DNA of 64,000 nt from Chloroflexota bacterium. GTDB taxonomy: Bacteria; Chloroflexota; Dehalococcoidia; UBA2979. Shown piece by piece: positions 48,476-57,957 of the stretch. The notes under the pieces were generated by a model. That model saw only the letters and a program-made list of their open reading frames with translations, had not been told where the DNA came from and did no database searches. How positions within the stretch are numbered: position 1 is the stretch's first letter; each line of letters opens with the position of its first letter. The DNA is taken from NCBI GenBank assembly GCA_045863195.1, contig BTUI01000010.1, positions 15,851 through 79,850 of the forward strand, given 5' to 3'. A program made the translations under genes and the position numbers.

Positions 48476-49064
48476 GCGATTCGGGCTGGTGGTTGGGCTG
48501 ATGGCGGCGCTTGCCGCCATCAGCCTCGCCTCGCCTCGCCCCGTGGCAGCGCACGCCGACTTCCTCCGCTCCGACCCGCCGGCGGGGGAGGCCGTGCGGT
48601 CCGCGCCGGGGCGCCTGACCGTCTGGTTCACGCAGGAGCTGTTCCGGCGCGCGGGTGCGAACGTGCTGGAAGTGACGGGGCCAGGAGGCGAGCGGGTTGA
48701 GCTCGACGATGTCGTGGTCGACGAGGTGGATCGCACGCAGATGTCCGTGGGGCTTAAGCCTGACCTGCCCGCCGGGGAGTACTCGGTGGCGTGGACCACG
48801 CTCTCGGCCGTGGACGGCGACACGCACGAGGGCTCCTTCACGTTCACCATCGACCCGGAAGCGCCGGCGCCTTCGCCCGCCCCGGAAGTGGTGACGCCAG
48901 TCGCCACCACCACCGCCGATCCGTCCCCGACGCCGGCGACGGCGTTGCCATACCCGGATGAGCCGGGAACGTTCCCGTGGTGGGCGGTGATCGCTGCGGC
49001 GGGCATGGCCGCGGCCGGACTTGCCGGGGCGTGGGCGCTCCGGCTGGGTGGCCACCGCTCGTGA
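48465..49064 (+). CDS. copC: Membrane-anchored CopC-family copper-binding protein
   Basis: VAA|HADFLRSDP, YSVAWTTLS.VDGD, Pro/Thr linker, C-terminal TM. Start uncertain (48432-48501). Confidence 0.82.
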   Translation: MGTKRFGLVVGLMAALAAISLASPRPVAAHADFLRSDPPAGEAVRSAPGRLTVWFTQELFRRAGANVLEVTGPGGERVELDDVVVDEVDRTQMSVGLKPDLPAGEYSVAWTTLSAVDGDTHEGSFTFTIDPEAPAPSPAPEVVTPVATTTADPSPTPATALPYPDEPGTFPWWAVIAAAGMAAAGLAGAWALRLGGHRS

Positions 49065-51313
49065 GGCGTACCGCCACGATCCTCGCGCTGGCCGTCCTTG
49101 TCCTCGCGGGGGCGTGGGCGGCCACGCGGGGCGTGGCGGAGGCGCATGCGGTGCTCGTGCGCTCCTCGCCCGCCGCAGGCGCGCAGTTGCCGGCCGCGCC
49201 GAGCGTTATCGACCTCTGGTTCTCGGAGCCGCTCGAGGCGCGCTTCTCGACGTTCGAGTTGCTTTCCACGGGCGGCGAAGCGCTCCCGGTGGACGGGCGG
49301 GCGGTGGATCCGCTGGACCCGTACCACCTGAGCGGATTGCCGCGCGGCCTGGGGCCGGGCCTCTACACCGTGTCGTACCGCAACGTCTCGCAGAGCGACG
49401 GGCACGAGTGGAGCGGGTCGTTCGCGTTCACCGTGCTGAATCCGGACGGCAGCGTGCCCTCAGGCGAGGCGTACCAGCCCGAACTCGGGCGGCGGAACTC
49501 GCCCGCGAACATCCTCGGCCGGTGGTTCACGTTCCTCGGGTTCTCGCTCGCGGCCGGCGGCGCGCCGCTGCTCTGGACGCTCCGTCGCGCGGAGCGGGCA
49601 GCGGGCCTCGTGCCGTTGCACGCAGAGGCGTCCCGGCGCGTCGCGCTGGCGGGGCTCCCGCTGCTGGTTGCGGGCGGCGCGCTCGTCATCACCGCGCAGG
49701 CGCAGGCGATCCCGGGGGCCGGCATCGTCGAGATCGCCGGCACCACGCGCGGCGGCACGATCTGGCTCTGGCGCATGCTCGCCGTCGAGGCCGTCTCGAT
49801 CCTGCTCGTGCTGTCGTTCCTCGCCGCCCGCTGGCGCGCGAGGCGTGGCGAAGTGGTGACGCTCGCTGCGCTCCCGCTCGCCGCGCTCGGGGGTCTCGCG
49901 ACGGTGTCGCTGCTCAGCCACGCCGCGGCGGCGCCGGGTTGGGGCTGGGCCGTCGCCTTCGACCTCGTGCACTTCGCCGTCTCCGCCGCGTGGATCGGCG
50001 GCCTCGTCGTGCTACTGGTACTGGCACGGGCCGCGAGCGGCGCCTCGGTCGAACGTGGCGCGGTGATGGTGCACGCGGTCGTGCCGTTCGCGACGTTCGC
50101 GGCCGCGTCCGTCTTCGTCCTCGGCGTGACCGGCGTGCTGCGGTCGCTGGGCGAACTGCCGTCGCTGCCCGCCCTCTGGGAGACGGAGTACGGCCGCTGG
50201 CTGATCGCGAAGCTGGCGCTCGTCCTGCCGATGCTCGGCGTCGCGTGGCTGAACCGCCGCGCGGTCGCCGCATCACGCGGCGCGAAGGGGAAGGCCGGGC
50301 TGGAGGCGGCAGCGGCGCGGGTGCGCCGCCTGTTGCCGCTGGAGGTCGCCGCCGGCGCGGCCGTGCTGTTCACCGTCGCCGTCCTCGGCCAGGTGCCGAC
50401 GCCGCGCGGTGCGACGGCGGTCGAGGCGGCGCCGGCGTCCGTGTTCAACGGTGTGGAGCAGTCCGGCACCCTCGCCGTCCACCTCCAGGTGACCCCGGCG
50501 GTCGTCGGCGACAACACGCTCCGCATCCACGTCTACAGCACCGCCCCCGCGGAGGGCTGGGCCGGCGATGCACCCACCGGCGAGGTGACCCGGGTGCGCG
50601 TCACGTTCGCGCAGGCGGGCGCCCTCGGCGGCGAGTCGGTGGACGCCGTGCCGCAAGGGCAGGGCATCTACACCGCGCAGGGCTCGTTCCTGAGCCTGGC
50701 GCTCACCTGGAACCTCACGGTCGATGTCGCGCGCGCCGGACAGGACGACGCGCGCTTCTCGTTCGTGGTGCCGATCGGGACGGGTGCCGCGGACGGCGCC
50801 TCGCGCGCTGCGTTCGCCTCGCCCGCGCCGCAACTCACGACGAGGGTGCTCGGCGCGCTGATCGCGCTCACGCTCGGCGCCGGCCTGGCGCTCGGGTGGC
50901 GGCATCACCCGCGCTACTCCGCGGCGACGCAGACCGCCGGCTGGGTGCTGATCCTCGGTGCGGTGTGGGTGGGGACGACCGGCGGTGGCGGCGGCACGGT
51001 CGGGAACCCCTCGCCCGGTGATCCGGCGGCGATCGAGCGCGGAGCAACGCTCTTCCAGCAACGGTGCGTGACCTGTCACGGCGACGAGGGTCGAGGCGAC
51101 GGCCCGGCCGCCGCCGACCTCACCCCGCCGCCGGCCGACCTCCGCCTCCACGTGCCGCTGCACCCGGACACGGAGACGTACCTGTTCATCACCAACGGGG
51201 TGCCGGGGACGGCCATGCCGGCGTGGGAGGAACTGCTGACCGAGCGCGAGCGCTGGGACCTGACGAACTACCTGATCGAGGCGTTCTCGAACGGCACCCA
51301 GCCGGCGCCGTAG
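49061..51313 (+). CDS. CopC-CopD (YcnJ-like) copper importer fused to Ig-like and cytochrome c domains
   Basis: AEA|HAVLVRSSP..SDGH, SHAAA..HF.VSAAWIGG, YGRWLIAKL, VTPAVVGDN, CVTCH..GTAMPAW. Confidence 0.85.
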   Translation: MRRTATILALAVLVLAGAWAATRGVAEAHAVLVRSSPAAGAQLPAAPSVIDLWFSEPLEARFSTFELLSTGGEALPVDGRAVDPLDPYHLSGLPRGLGPGLYTVSYRNVSQSDGHEWSGSFAFTVLNPDGSVPSGEAYQPELGRRNSPANILGRWFTFLGFSLAAGGAPLLWTLRRAERAAGLVPLHAEASRRVALAGLPLLVAGGALVITAQAQAIPGAGIVEIAGTTRGGTIWLWRMLAVEAVSILLVLSFLAARWRARRGEVVTLAALPLAALGGLATVSLLSHAAAAPGWGWAVAFDLVHFAVSAAWIGGLVVLLVLARAASGASVERGAVMVHAVVPFATFAAASVFVLGVTGVLRSLGELPSLPALWETEYGRWLIAKLALVLPMLGVAWLNRRAVAASRGAKGKAGLEAAAARVRRLLPLEVAAGAAVLFTVAVLGQVPTPRGATAVEAAPASVFNGVEQSGTLAVHLQVTPAVVGDNTLRIHVYSTAPAEGWAGDAPTGEVTRVRVTFAQAGALGGESVDAVPQGQGIYTAQGSFLSLALTWNLTVDVARAGQDDARFSFVVPIGTGAADGASRAAFASPAPQLTTRVLGALIALTLGAGLALGWRHHPRYSAATQTAGWVLILGAVWVGTTGGGGGTVGNPSPGDPAAIERGATLFQQRCVTCHGDEGRGDGPAAADLTPPPADLRLHVPLHPDTETYLFITNGVPGTAMPAWEELLTERERWDLTNYLIEAFSNGTQPAP

Positions 51314-52263
51314 TCCTCCACGACCCGCTCGTACAGGCCGCGCACCGTTTCGAGGTCGCGCGACTGGAAGATCGCCGCCTTCAGCGGCCGCGCCTCCGGC
51401 CGCCCGGCGACGTACAGCGCCAGGTGCTTCTTCGTCTGGAGCAGCGCCTCGTGCGGCGGCATCATCTCCGTGATCAGCGCCAGGTGCGCCTCAATCACCT
51501 CTCGCTCGCGGGCGACGCGCTCCGCCGGCGGCCGCGCCTCGTGCGCCTCGTCGAACAGCCACGGCCGGCCGAGGGCGCCGCGGCCCACCATGACGCCCGC
51601 GCAGCCGGTCTCCTCCATCATGCGGCGCGCCTCCGCCATCGAGCGGACGTCACCGTTGCCCGTGACGGGGACGTCCACGGCGCGCACCACGTCCGCGATC
51701 ACGTCCCAGGGGGCGCGCCCGGTGTATCGCTGCGACCGCGTGCGAGGGTGCACGGTGATGCCGTCCACGCCCACGTCCTGCGCCATGCGGGCGACCTCCA
51801 CCGCGTTCAGGTGGTCGTCGCTCCAGCCGCCGCGGATCTTGATGGTGAGCGGTACGTCGATGGCGCGACGGATCGCTGTCAGCAGCCGCGCTGTCGTCGC
51901 CACGTCGCGCATCAGGGCCGCGCCCTTGCCGCGCTTCGTCACCTTCGGCGCCGGGCAGCCCATGTTGATGTCGATGATGCTCGCGCCTGCCTCTACGAGG
52001 CGTTCCGCGGCGGGGACCATCGCCTCCGGATCGCAGCCGAGGAGTTGCATGGCGACCACGCCATCCTCCGGCCAGATGCGCGCCATGCGGAGTGTGCGCT
52101 GGTTGTCGTAGCGGAACGCCTCCGCGTCGATCTCCTCGTTCGTCGCGAAGCCCGCGCCACAGGCCACGGCCACGCGCCGGAAGGGTGCGTTCGTGTACGA
52201 GGCCATGGGCGCGAGGCGCACGGGCGCGGCGGCGATGAGGGCGGCGAGGTCGAGCGTCGGCAT
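51268..52263 (-). CDS. dusB: tRNA-dihydrouridine synthase (DusB-like)
   Basis: LAPMA, DINMGCP, KIRGGW, HPRT, GNGDV, GRGALGRPW. Confidence 0.85.
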   Translation of the reverse strand: MPTLDLAALIAAAPVRLAPMASYTNAPFRRVAVACGAGFATNEEIDAEAFRYDNQRTLRMARIWPEDGVVAMQLLGCDPEAMVPAAERLVEAGASIIDINMGCPAPKVTKRGKGAALMRDVATTARLLTAIRRAIDVPLTIKIRGGWSDDHLNAVEVARMAQDVGVDGITVHPRTRSQRYTGRAPWDVIADVVRAVDVPVTGNGDVRSMAEARRMMEETGCAGVMVGRGALGRPWLFDEAHEARPPAERVAREREVIEAHLALITEMMPPHEALLQTKKHLALYVAGRPEARPLKAAIFQSRDLETVRGLYERVVEDYGAGWVPFENASIR

Positions 52264-52320
52264 CTGTCGAGTATGGCCGCCCGGCGGGACGAGGTGAAGT
52301 GCGATGAAGTGCGGGGCATG

Positions 52321-52356
52321 AAGCGAAGGGGCCCCGCCGTTGCCGGCGAGGCCCCT
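52321..52356 (-). terminator. Intrinsic terminator after thiolase
   Basis: Minus strand AGGGGCCTCGCCG-GCAA-CGGCGGGGCCCCT then TCGCTT. Confidence 0.7.
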
Positions 52357-52380
52357 CGATGGTTCGCGTGGAGCGCGAGG

Positions 52381-53580
52381 CTACACGGTGAGGACCAGCG
52401 TGCCGGTGGCGGAGAGGCTGCCGCCGGTGCCGTTCACGATGCAGGAGTTCGCGTTCGTCTGCTTGCCCTTCAGGCCGTGGACGCCGTCCTCGGCCGTGCG
52501 GGAGAGCTGGCGGTACGCCTCCACCAGGAGCTGCATGCCGTACATACCGGAGTGGTTGAACGACAGGCCGCCACCGTTGGTGTTGACCGGGAACGAGCCA
52601 CCGGGGGCGGTGCGCCCGTCCTTGAAGAGGCTCGGGCCCTCGCCGCGCTTGGTGAGGCCAAGCATCTCCGCGGTGATGGCGACGGTGATCGTGAACGAGT
52701 CGTAGATCATCGCCATCTCCATGTCCTCCGGGCCCATGCCGGCCATCTTGTAGGCACGGCCGGCGGACGCGGCGGCGGAGGTCGCGGTGAAGTCCTTCAT
52801 CTCCAGCATCGTCTGGTGGCCGATCGCCTCACCCGCGCCGGCGACCCAGACCGGCGGCGTGCGGAAGGAGCGTGCGGCCGCCTCGGAGGCGACGATGACG
52901 GCGCCGCCGTGGTCGGTGACCAGGCAGCAGTCCAGGATGTTCAGCGGCCAGGAGATGATGCGGGAGTTGATCACGTCCTCAACGGTGATCGGGCCGCCGT
53001 TGGGGTTCGTCTCCTTGGAGTGCATCACGGCGCGCGGGTTGAGCATGGCCCACTTGCGGGTGCTCACCGCGATCTCCGCGAAGTCCTCCTTGGTGGTGCC
53101 CCACTGGTGCATGTGCCGCGTCATGGCGTGCGAGTACTGCGACGGGGCGCCCATCACGCCGTACGGCGTCATGAACTGCGCGTCCGGGCCGAGTGCGTCG
53201 CCGCCGCCGCCACCCGCGGCGCCCCGCGGGAAGGAGCGCCGGGAGTAGCCGGCCTGGCCGTTCACGACCACGCCGATGTCGAACATGCCGGCGTTGATCG
53301 CGGCGACCATGTGCGCCACGTGGATCTGGAAGGAGCAGCCGCCCACGGCGGTGGTGTCCACCCACTTCGGCACGATGCCGAGGTACTCCGCATACGCGTT
53401 GGCGCCGCCCGGGTTGGCGATCGCCTCGATGTCCTTCGTGGTGATGCCGGCTTCGCGGCAGGCGTTATGGATCGCCTCCACGCCGAGCATCATGTCCGTC
53501 TTCGGGGTTGTCGGGTACCCGATCTCGTCCGCTTCACCCGCCGCGACGATGGCGGCGGCCTTCGAGGGGTTGCTGGGCAT
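52381..53580 (-). CDS. SCP2-type thiolase-like protein
   Basis: VGGCS, DCCLVTDHGGA, IYDSFT, NTNGGGLS.NH.G. Confidence 0.87.
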   Translation of the reverse strand: MPSNPSKAAAIVAAGEADEIGYPTTPKTDMMLGVEAIHNACREAGITTKDIEAIANPGGANAYAEYLGIVPKWVDTTAVGGCSFQIHVAHMVAAINAGMFDIGVVVNGQAGYSRRSFPRGAAGGGGGDALGPDAQFMTPYGVMGAPSQYSHAMTRHMHQWGTTKEDFAEIAVSTRKWAMLNPRAVMHSKETNPNGGPITVEDVINSRIISWPLNILDCCLVTDHGGAVIVASEAAARSFRTPPVWVAGAGEAIGHQTMLEMKDFTATSAAASAGRAYKMAGMGPEDMEMAMIYDSFTITVAITAEMLGLTKRGEGPSLFKDGRTAPGGSFPVNTNGGGLSFNHSGMYGMQLLVEAYRQLSRTAEDGVHGLKGKQTNANSCIVNGTGGSLSATGTLVLTV

Positions 53581-53596
53581 CAGTTCCTCCGCTTCC

Positions 53597-54022
53597 CTAG
53601 CCGACCACGCGCCAGTACGGGATGGTGACGTCGTCGTTGGCCTTCTCGAACTCGATCCGGCACAGCGCGCCGATCTTCTTCATGATCTCCTCGGGCTTGG
53701 TGGGGTCCACGCCGCGGAGCACCGTGAAGATCCGGTCACCTTCGCGCAGGTCGATGTAAGCCGTGACGAACGGGGCCTCTTCCGCCCAGCCGCCGGCGGC
53801 GCGGTGCTGCACCGCGAACGTGTGCAGGTACCCCTCGCCGGTCGCCTCGATCCATTCGATGGACCGGGAGCCGCAGTTCGGGCAGACGATGCGCGGGTAG
53901 AAGTGTACGCGGCTACATGCCGTGCACCGGGGCAACTTGAGCTTGCCCTCCTTCGCGCCGTCCCAGTACGGCTTGTTGACGAACGGATCCGGGATCGGGA
54001 TGGGCTTGTTGTAGTCGGGCAA
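53597..54022 (-). CDS. DUF35 Zn-ribbon/OB-fold protein
   Basis: PYWDGAKEG, CTAC..YPR..CPNC. Confidence 0.88.
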   Translation of the reverse strand: MPDYNKPIPIPDPFVNKPYWDGAKEGKLKLPRCTACSRVHFYPRIVCPNCGSRSIEWIEATGEGYLHTFAVQHRAAGGWAEEAPFVTAYIDLREGDRIFTVLRGVDPTKPEEIMKKIGALCRIEFEKANDDVTIPYWRVVG

Positions 54023-54189
54023 TCGACACCCCCTCCTCGCGTCGCTCGAAGGCGACAGGCTGGCTCATGCCGGGGGCGGGCGCCCGCGGGCGCGCGGAAG
54101 GTACGCCCGAGGCGAGCAGGGCGTCAACGAACGTTGTGGTGCGTGAAACAGTGTGATGCGGAACGGGCAGGCCGGAGCCCCGCGGCCGC

Positions 54190-54465
54190 TCAGGAGGCGG
54201 CGCGCAGCGCCTCCGTGGCCGCGTCGGTGCCGCCCTCGGAGGCGACGTAGCCGGGGTGGCGGTGGGCGCGGAGGTGTTCGATGGCGCGGGTGATGAAATC
54301 ACCACAGGCCGGGCAGAGGGTGCAGAGGGTCAGGCCCGCGCCACGCGGCACGATCGACCACCGCTGGTGTGAGAGGAAGACCACCGCCCCCTCAGCACGC
54401 TCCATCCGCACCGCTTCGGCCTCCAGCGGGCCCTGGCAGCAGTCGCACGCCTGCGTGCTGATCAT
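54190..54465 (-). CDS. Small CxxC..CxxC protein
   Basis: CDCC..LCPAC. ATGA coupling with the upstream ORF; GGAGG RBS. Confidence 0.65.
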   Translation of the reverse strand: MISTQACDCCQGPLEAEAVRMERAEGAVVFLSHQRWSIVPRGAGLTLCTLCPACGDFITRAIEHLRAHRHPGYVASEGGTDAATEALRAAS

Positions 54466-54686
54466 CGGACGCCTCCCCGAGGCGACCGGGTGAGGAGGAA
54501 CGCAGCCGAGTTGACGTAATCAGCGCACGGGTCGCAGAGGACGTACTCGACAGGCTCCTGGCCGGGCACGAACCGGGCGTCGCCCTGCTGGCTGGCCGGC
54601 ACCATGGTGCCGGCGGTCAGGGTGACGCCGCGGACCTCGCGGCCCAGCGGTGCATCGCACGTGTCGCAGCGGATCACAATCGCCAT
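54462..54686 (-). CDS. Small CxxC..CxxC protein
   Basis: MAIVIRCDTC..VLCDPC. Similar to the downstream ORF. Confidence 0.65.
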   Translation of the reverse strand: MAIVIRCDTCDAPLGREVRGVTLTAGTMVPASQQGDARFVPGQEPVEYVLCDPCADYVNSAAFLLTRSPRGGVR

Positions 54687-54801
54687 GCCCCGATCTTCGG
54701 CAGGGCGGACGGGTTCCCGAAGCCCCCGGATGTGCCGAGGGCCGGCCACGCGGTTGCGCGACCGGCCCTCGACGTTGGGCCGAAGCCCGTAGGGCGGGCT
54801 A

Positions 54802-56139
54802 TTAGCGGCGGCGGAAGCCGTTCGTCGGGCGGCCGCCACGGCCACCGTTGCCGCCGGGGCGGCCACCGCGGGGAGCCGGACGGGTGCCCGGGCGGCCGCG
54901 GAAGGTGTCCGGCAGGACCGCGCCGGCCGGTGCGTCCCACGCGCCGAGGTCATCGAGCCGCTCGTCGTCCGGGCGCATCGGGACGATGGCGTAGTCCACG
55001 CCGGCCTCGCGCTGGACGCCGACGACATCCCGCGCCTGGTCGGAGAGCACCAGCGTCACCACCAGGCCGTCCGCGCCGGCACGGGCCGTGCGGCCCGAGC
55101 GGTGCAGGTAGGTCTTGCCGTCCTCCGGCGGGTCGAAGTGCAGCACCACGTCCACGCCGTCCACGTGCAGGCCGCGGGCCGCCACGTTCGTGGCGACGAG
55201 GACGCGCGCGTCACCGGCGGAGAAGCGGGCGAGCGTGCGCTCGCGCTGGTTCTGGCTGCAGCGGCCGTGGATCGGCAGCGCGCGGCGGTCATCCAGGTCC
55301 AACTGGTCGGCGAGGCGGTCCGCGCCGTGCGTGGTGCGGGAGAAGACCACCGCACGCTCAGCGCCGGCCAGGATGCGCGCCGCGACGGCGAGCTTGTCCT
55401 CGTACGACACGCCGATGAAGCGCTGCTTCAGCGTCTGCACCGTGGGCGTGTCGGAGATGACCTCCAGCCGGACGGGGTCCTGCTGGTAGCGGCGCGAGAT
55501 CGAGCCCGCGACGCCGTCCAGGGTGGCGGAGAAGAGCAGCGTCTGCGGCTTCTCCGGGATCTGGTCCAGGATGCGCTGGATCTGGGGCAGGAAGCCCATG
55601 TCCGCCATCTGGTCGGCCTCGTCCAGCACCACGAATGAGACGTCGTCCATCGTCAGTTCGCCGCGCTCGAGGAGGTCGTTGAGGCGGCCCGGCGTGGCGA
55701 TCACGATGTCCACGCCGGCGTGCAGCGCGCGGATCTGGCGGACCATGGAGGAGCCGCCGTAGATCGCGCACAGCCACAGCCCGCGCGAGGCGGCGAGCGG
55801 TGCGAGTTCGTCCGCGACCTGGTTGGCGAGTTCACGCGTGGGCACCAGCACCAGCGAGTGCGGGCGGCGACGCTTTGCCGTGGTCGTGCGCTCGATCATC
55901 GGCAGGCCGAAGGCGAGCGTCTTGCCGGAGCCGGTCTGGGCCATGCCGCAGACATCGCGGCCGGCCATGGCGTCCGGAATGGTGAGCGCCTGCACCGGGA
56001 ACGGGCGTGTGATGCCGTTCGCGGACAGCGCCGTGACAAGGTCCGGCGACAGGCCGAGCGCCTCGAACGTGGTGTCGAGCGCCGGGTCGCCGGTCTGGGT
56101 GGAGGTGCGGGCCGGGGTCGTGCCGGCCGGCGGGGTCAT
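54802..56139 (-). CDS. DEAD-box RNA helicase
   Basis: Q motif, AQTGSGKT, PTRELA, TPGR, DEAD, SAT, ARGL, HRSGRTAR, RGG-rich tail. Start approximate. Confidence 0.93.
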   Translation of the reverse strand: MTPPAGTTPARTSTQTGDPALDTTFEALGLSPDLVTALSANGITRPFPVQALTIPDAMAGRDVCGMAQTGSGKTLAFGLPMIERTTTAKRRRPHSLVLVPTRELANQVADELAPLAASRGLWLCAIYGGSSMVRQIRALHAGVDIVIATPGRLNDLLERGELTMDDVSFVVLDEADQMADMGFLPQIQRILDQIPEKPQTLLFSATLDGVAGSISRRYQQDPVRLEVISDTPTVQTLKQRFIGVSYEDKLAVAARILAGAERAVVFSRTTHGADRLADQLDLDDRRALPIHGRCSQNQRERTLARFSAGDARVLVATNVAARGLHVDGVDVVLHFDPPEDGKTYLHRSGRTARAGADGLVVTLVLSDQARDVVGVQREAGVDYAIVPMRPDDERLDDLGAWDAPAGAVLPDTFRGRPGTRPAPRGGRPGGNGGRGGRPTNGFRRR

Positions 56140-56400
56140 GAGTACCAGGAGATGCTCCCTCTCGGGGATGTCGGTGCCAGTGCAGGGGCCGGCCCGGTGC
56201 GCTCGCGCGCCAACGGGAACGAAGGAACGCCCCACCGACGGCGGGCATTCCGCTGCTCGTGTGAATCTCAGAGGCCGGTGCACCGGGCGGTCGGGCCAGC
56301 GTTCGGACACTGGCGGCCAGGCGTTCTTCCGGGCGTCACACGAACAGGCCGTCGTGCCGAGAAGAAGGAGGAATCTGAGGAGTCTGTCGCGCTGCCCTCG
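56140..56400 (-). ncRNA. Long structured 5' leader of the DEAD-box helicase (candidate cis-regulatory RNA)
   Basis: Several helices whose mismatches become G-U pairs only on the minus strand (see findings). Confidence 0.5.
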
Positions 56401-56493
56401 CGAATCGTGCGTGGACGGGGCGGCGAACCTGCAACCACCGTACCACGCTCCCGCGGTACGGGTGCCATCGGGCATGTCCCGAGGTCCGAGGGG

Positions 56494-57294
56494 CTACCGG
56501 CCGATGAATTTCGGCGCGCGCTTCTCCCGGAACGCCTGCACGCCTTCCTTCGCGTCCTCTGTGTTGCGGGCGAGTTGGGCCAGCCGCGTCTCGTAGTCCG
56601 TGAAGCCGTCCAGTTCCGCCAGGACGGATCGGTTCACCGTCAGTTTCCACGCTGCGTAGGTCTTCGTCGGGCCGTTCGCGAGTTCGTCGATGAACGCGCC
56701 CAGGCTCTCCTCCCACGTGGCGGCTGGCCACAGGCGCTGGAGGATCCCGACGCGCTCCGCCTCCACGGCGTCGATCACGCGACCGGTCATCAGCAGGTCC
56801 ATCGCCCGCGACTGCCCGATGAGCCGCGGGAGCAGGAGGCCCACCCCCTGCCCGGCGAAGATCGCCTTCCCCGAGCGGATGTCCCCGATCACGATGTCGT
56901 CCCGCGCCACGCGGAAGTCGCAGGAGAGCGCCGTCACCCACCCGGCCCCGTGGCAGAGGCCGTTGAGCGCGGCCACCACCGGCTTCGGCGCGCTCATGAG
57001 CGTCTTCACGAGGTTGTGGTGCGGCCCGAGGTTGGTGGAGAGGCCCACCGGCTCGCCGTAGCGGTCGGGGCGGCCACCCATGCCGCCGACGATGTCGTCG
57101 CCGGAGGAGAACGCGCGGCCGGTGCCGGTGATGACGATGACGCGCACGTCCTCGTCGCGGCCCATCGCGCGGACGAACTCGGTCACGCCCTCGAGCATGT
57201 CGAAGGTGATGGCGTTCAGGCGCTCCGGGCGGTTGAACGCGACCGTGGCGACCGCGCCGTTTCGCTCGAACCTCAGGCCGTCAACGGGATCCAT
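56494..57294 (-). CDS. Enoyl-CoA hydratase/isomerase family protein
   Basis: NRPERLNA, AFSSGDD, KPVVAALNG..GAG, EGVQAFREKR. Confidence 0.9.
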   Translation of the reverse strand: MDPVDGLRFERNGAVATVAFNRPERLNAITFDMLEGVTEFVRAMGRDEDVRVIVITGTGRAFSSGDDIVGGMGGRPDRYGEPVGLSTNLGPHHNLVKTLMSAPKPVVAALNGLCHGAGWVTALSCDFRVARDDIVIGDIRSGKAIFAGQGVGLLLPRLIGQSRAMDLLMTGRVIDAVEAERVGILQRLWPAATWEESLGAFIDELANGPTKTYAAWKLTVNRSVLAELDGFTDYETRLAQLARNTEDAKEGVQAFREKRAPKFIGR

Positions 57295-57376
57295 CGCTGC
57301 CCCCTCCTCATCGCGTCGAGCGGCGGCAGGCTACCACGAACGTCATGCGCCGTGGCCGCCCGCCGCGCACTCTCGC

Positions 57377-57925
57377 TCAGGCGGGCAGTGGCGGCTCCAC
57401 CCCTGCCGGGAGGGGCACGTCGAAGACGTTGAGCGTCATCGAGACGAGGCCGTAGTAGCCGACGATCCCGACGAGGTCGACGACACCCCGCTCCCCGAAC
57501 ACCTCGATGGCGCGGGCGTAGGTCGCGTCCGACACGCGCTTCGTGTTCAGGAACTCCGTCACGAAGTCGTAGATGGCGGCCTCCGGGCCGGTCACGTCCG
57601 GACGCACCCCCGTTCGGATCGCCTCGATCACCGCGTCCGGCAGCCCGGCCTCCCGCGCGAGGCGGGCGTGGGCGTAGAACTCATACTGGGACTTCCAGTA
57701 CGCGCCGGTGACGATGATCGCCATCTCCGACAGGCGCGGCGGGAGCGAGGAGTGGAAGCGGCAGAACTCGCCGAGCCGCTGCGCGCGGTCGGCGAGTTGC
57801 GGCGACCGCAGCCACGGGTCGAACGGGCCGCGAAGGCCGCCCCGCGGCCCGGACACGATCGCATTCGCGACCTCCTGCTGCTCGGGCGTCAGGTGGTCCA
57901 GGTCCAGCGGGGTCAACCTCGGCAT
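57377..57925 (-). CDS. Carboxymuconolactone decarboxylase/AhpD-like protein
   Basis: GPRG..GPF..WLRSP, EMAII, YEF.AH, VGIVGYY. Confidence 0.82.
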   Translation of the reverse strand: MPRLTPLDLDHLTPEQQEVANAIVSGPRGGLRGPFDPWLRSPQLADRAQRLGEFCRFHSSLPPRLSEMAIIVTGAYWKSQYEFYAHARLAREAGLPDAVIEAIRTGVRPDVTGPEAAIYDFVTEFLNTKRVSDATYARAIEVFGERGVVDLVGIVGYYGLVSMTLNVFDVPLPAGVEPPLPA

Positions 57926-57957
57926 CGGTCAGTCCTCTCGTGTGTCGGGCGCGGCGG

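Noticed and set aside
56140-56475. N-terminal extension of the DEAD-box helicase
   Set aside because: Atypical composition, and the region is better explained as a structured leader.
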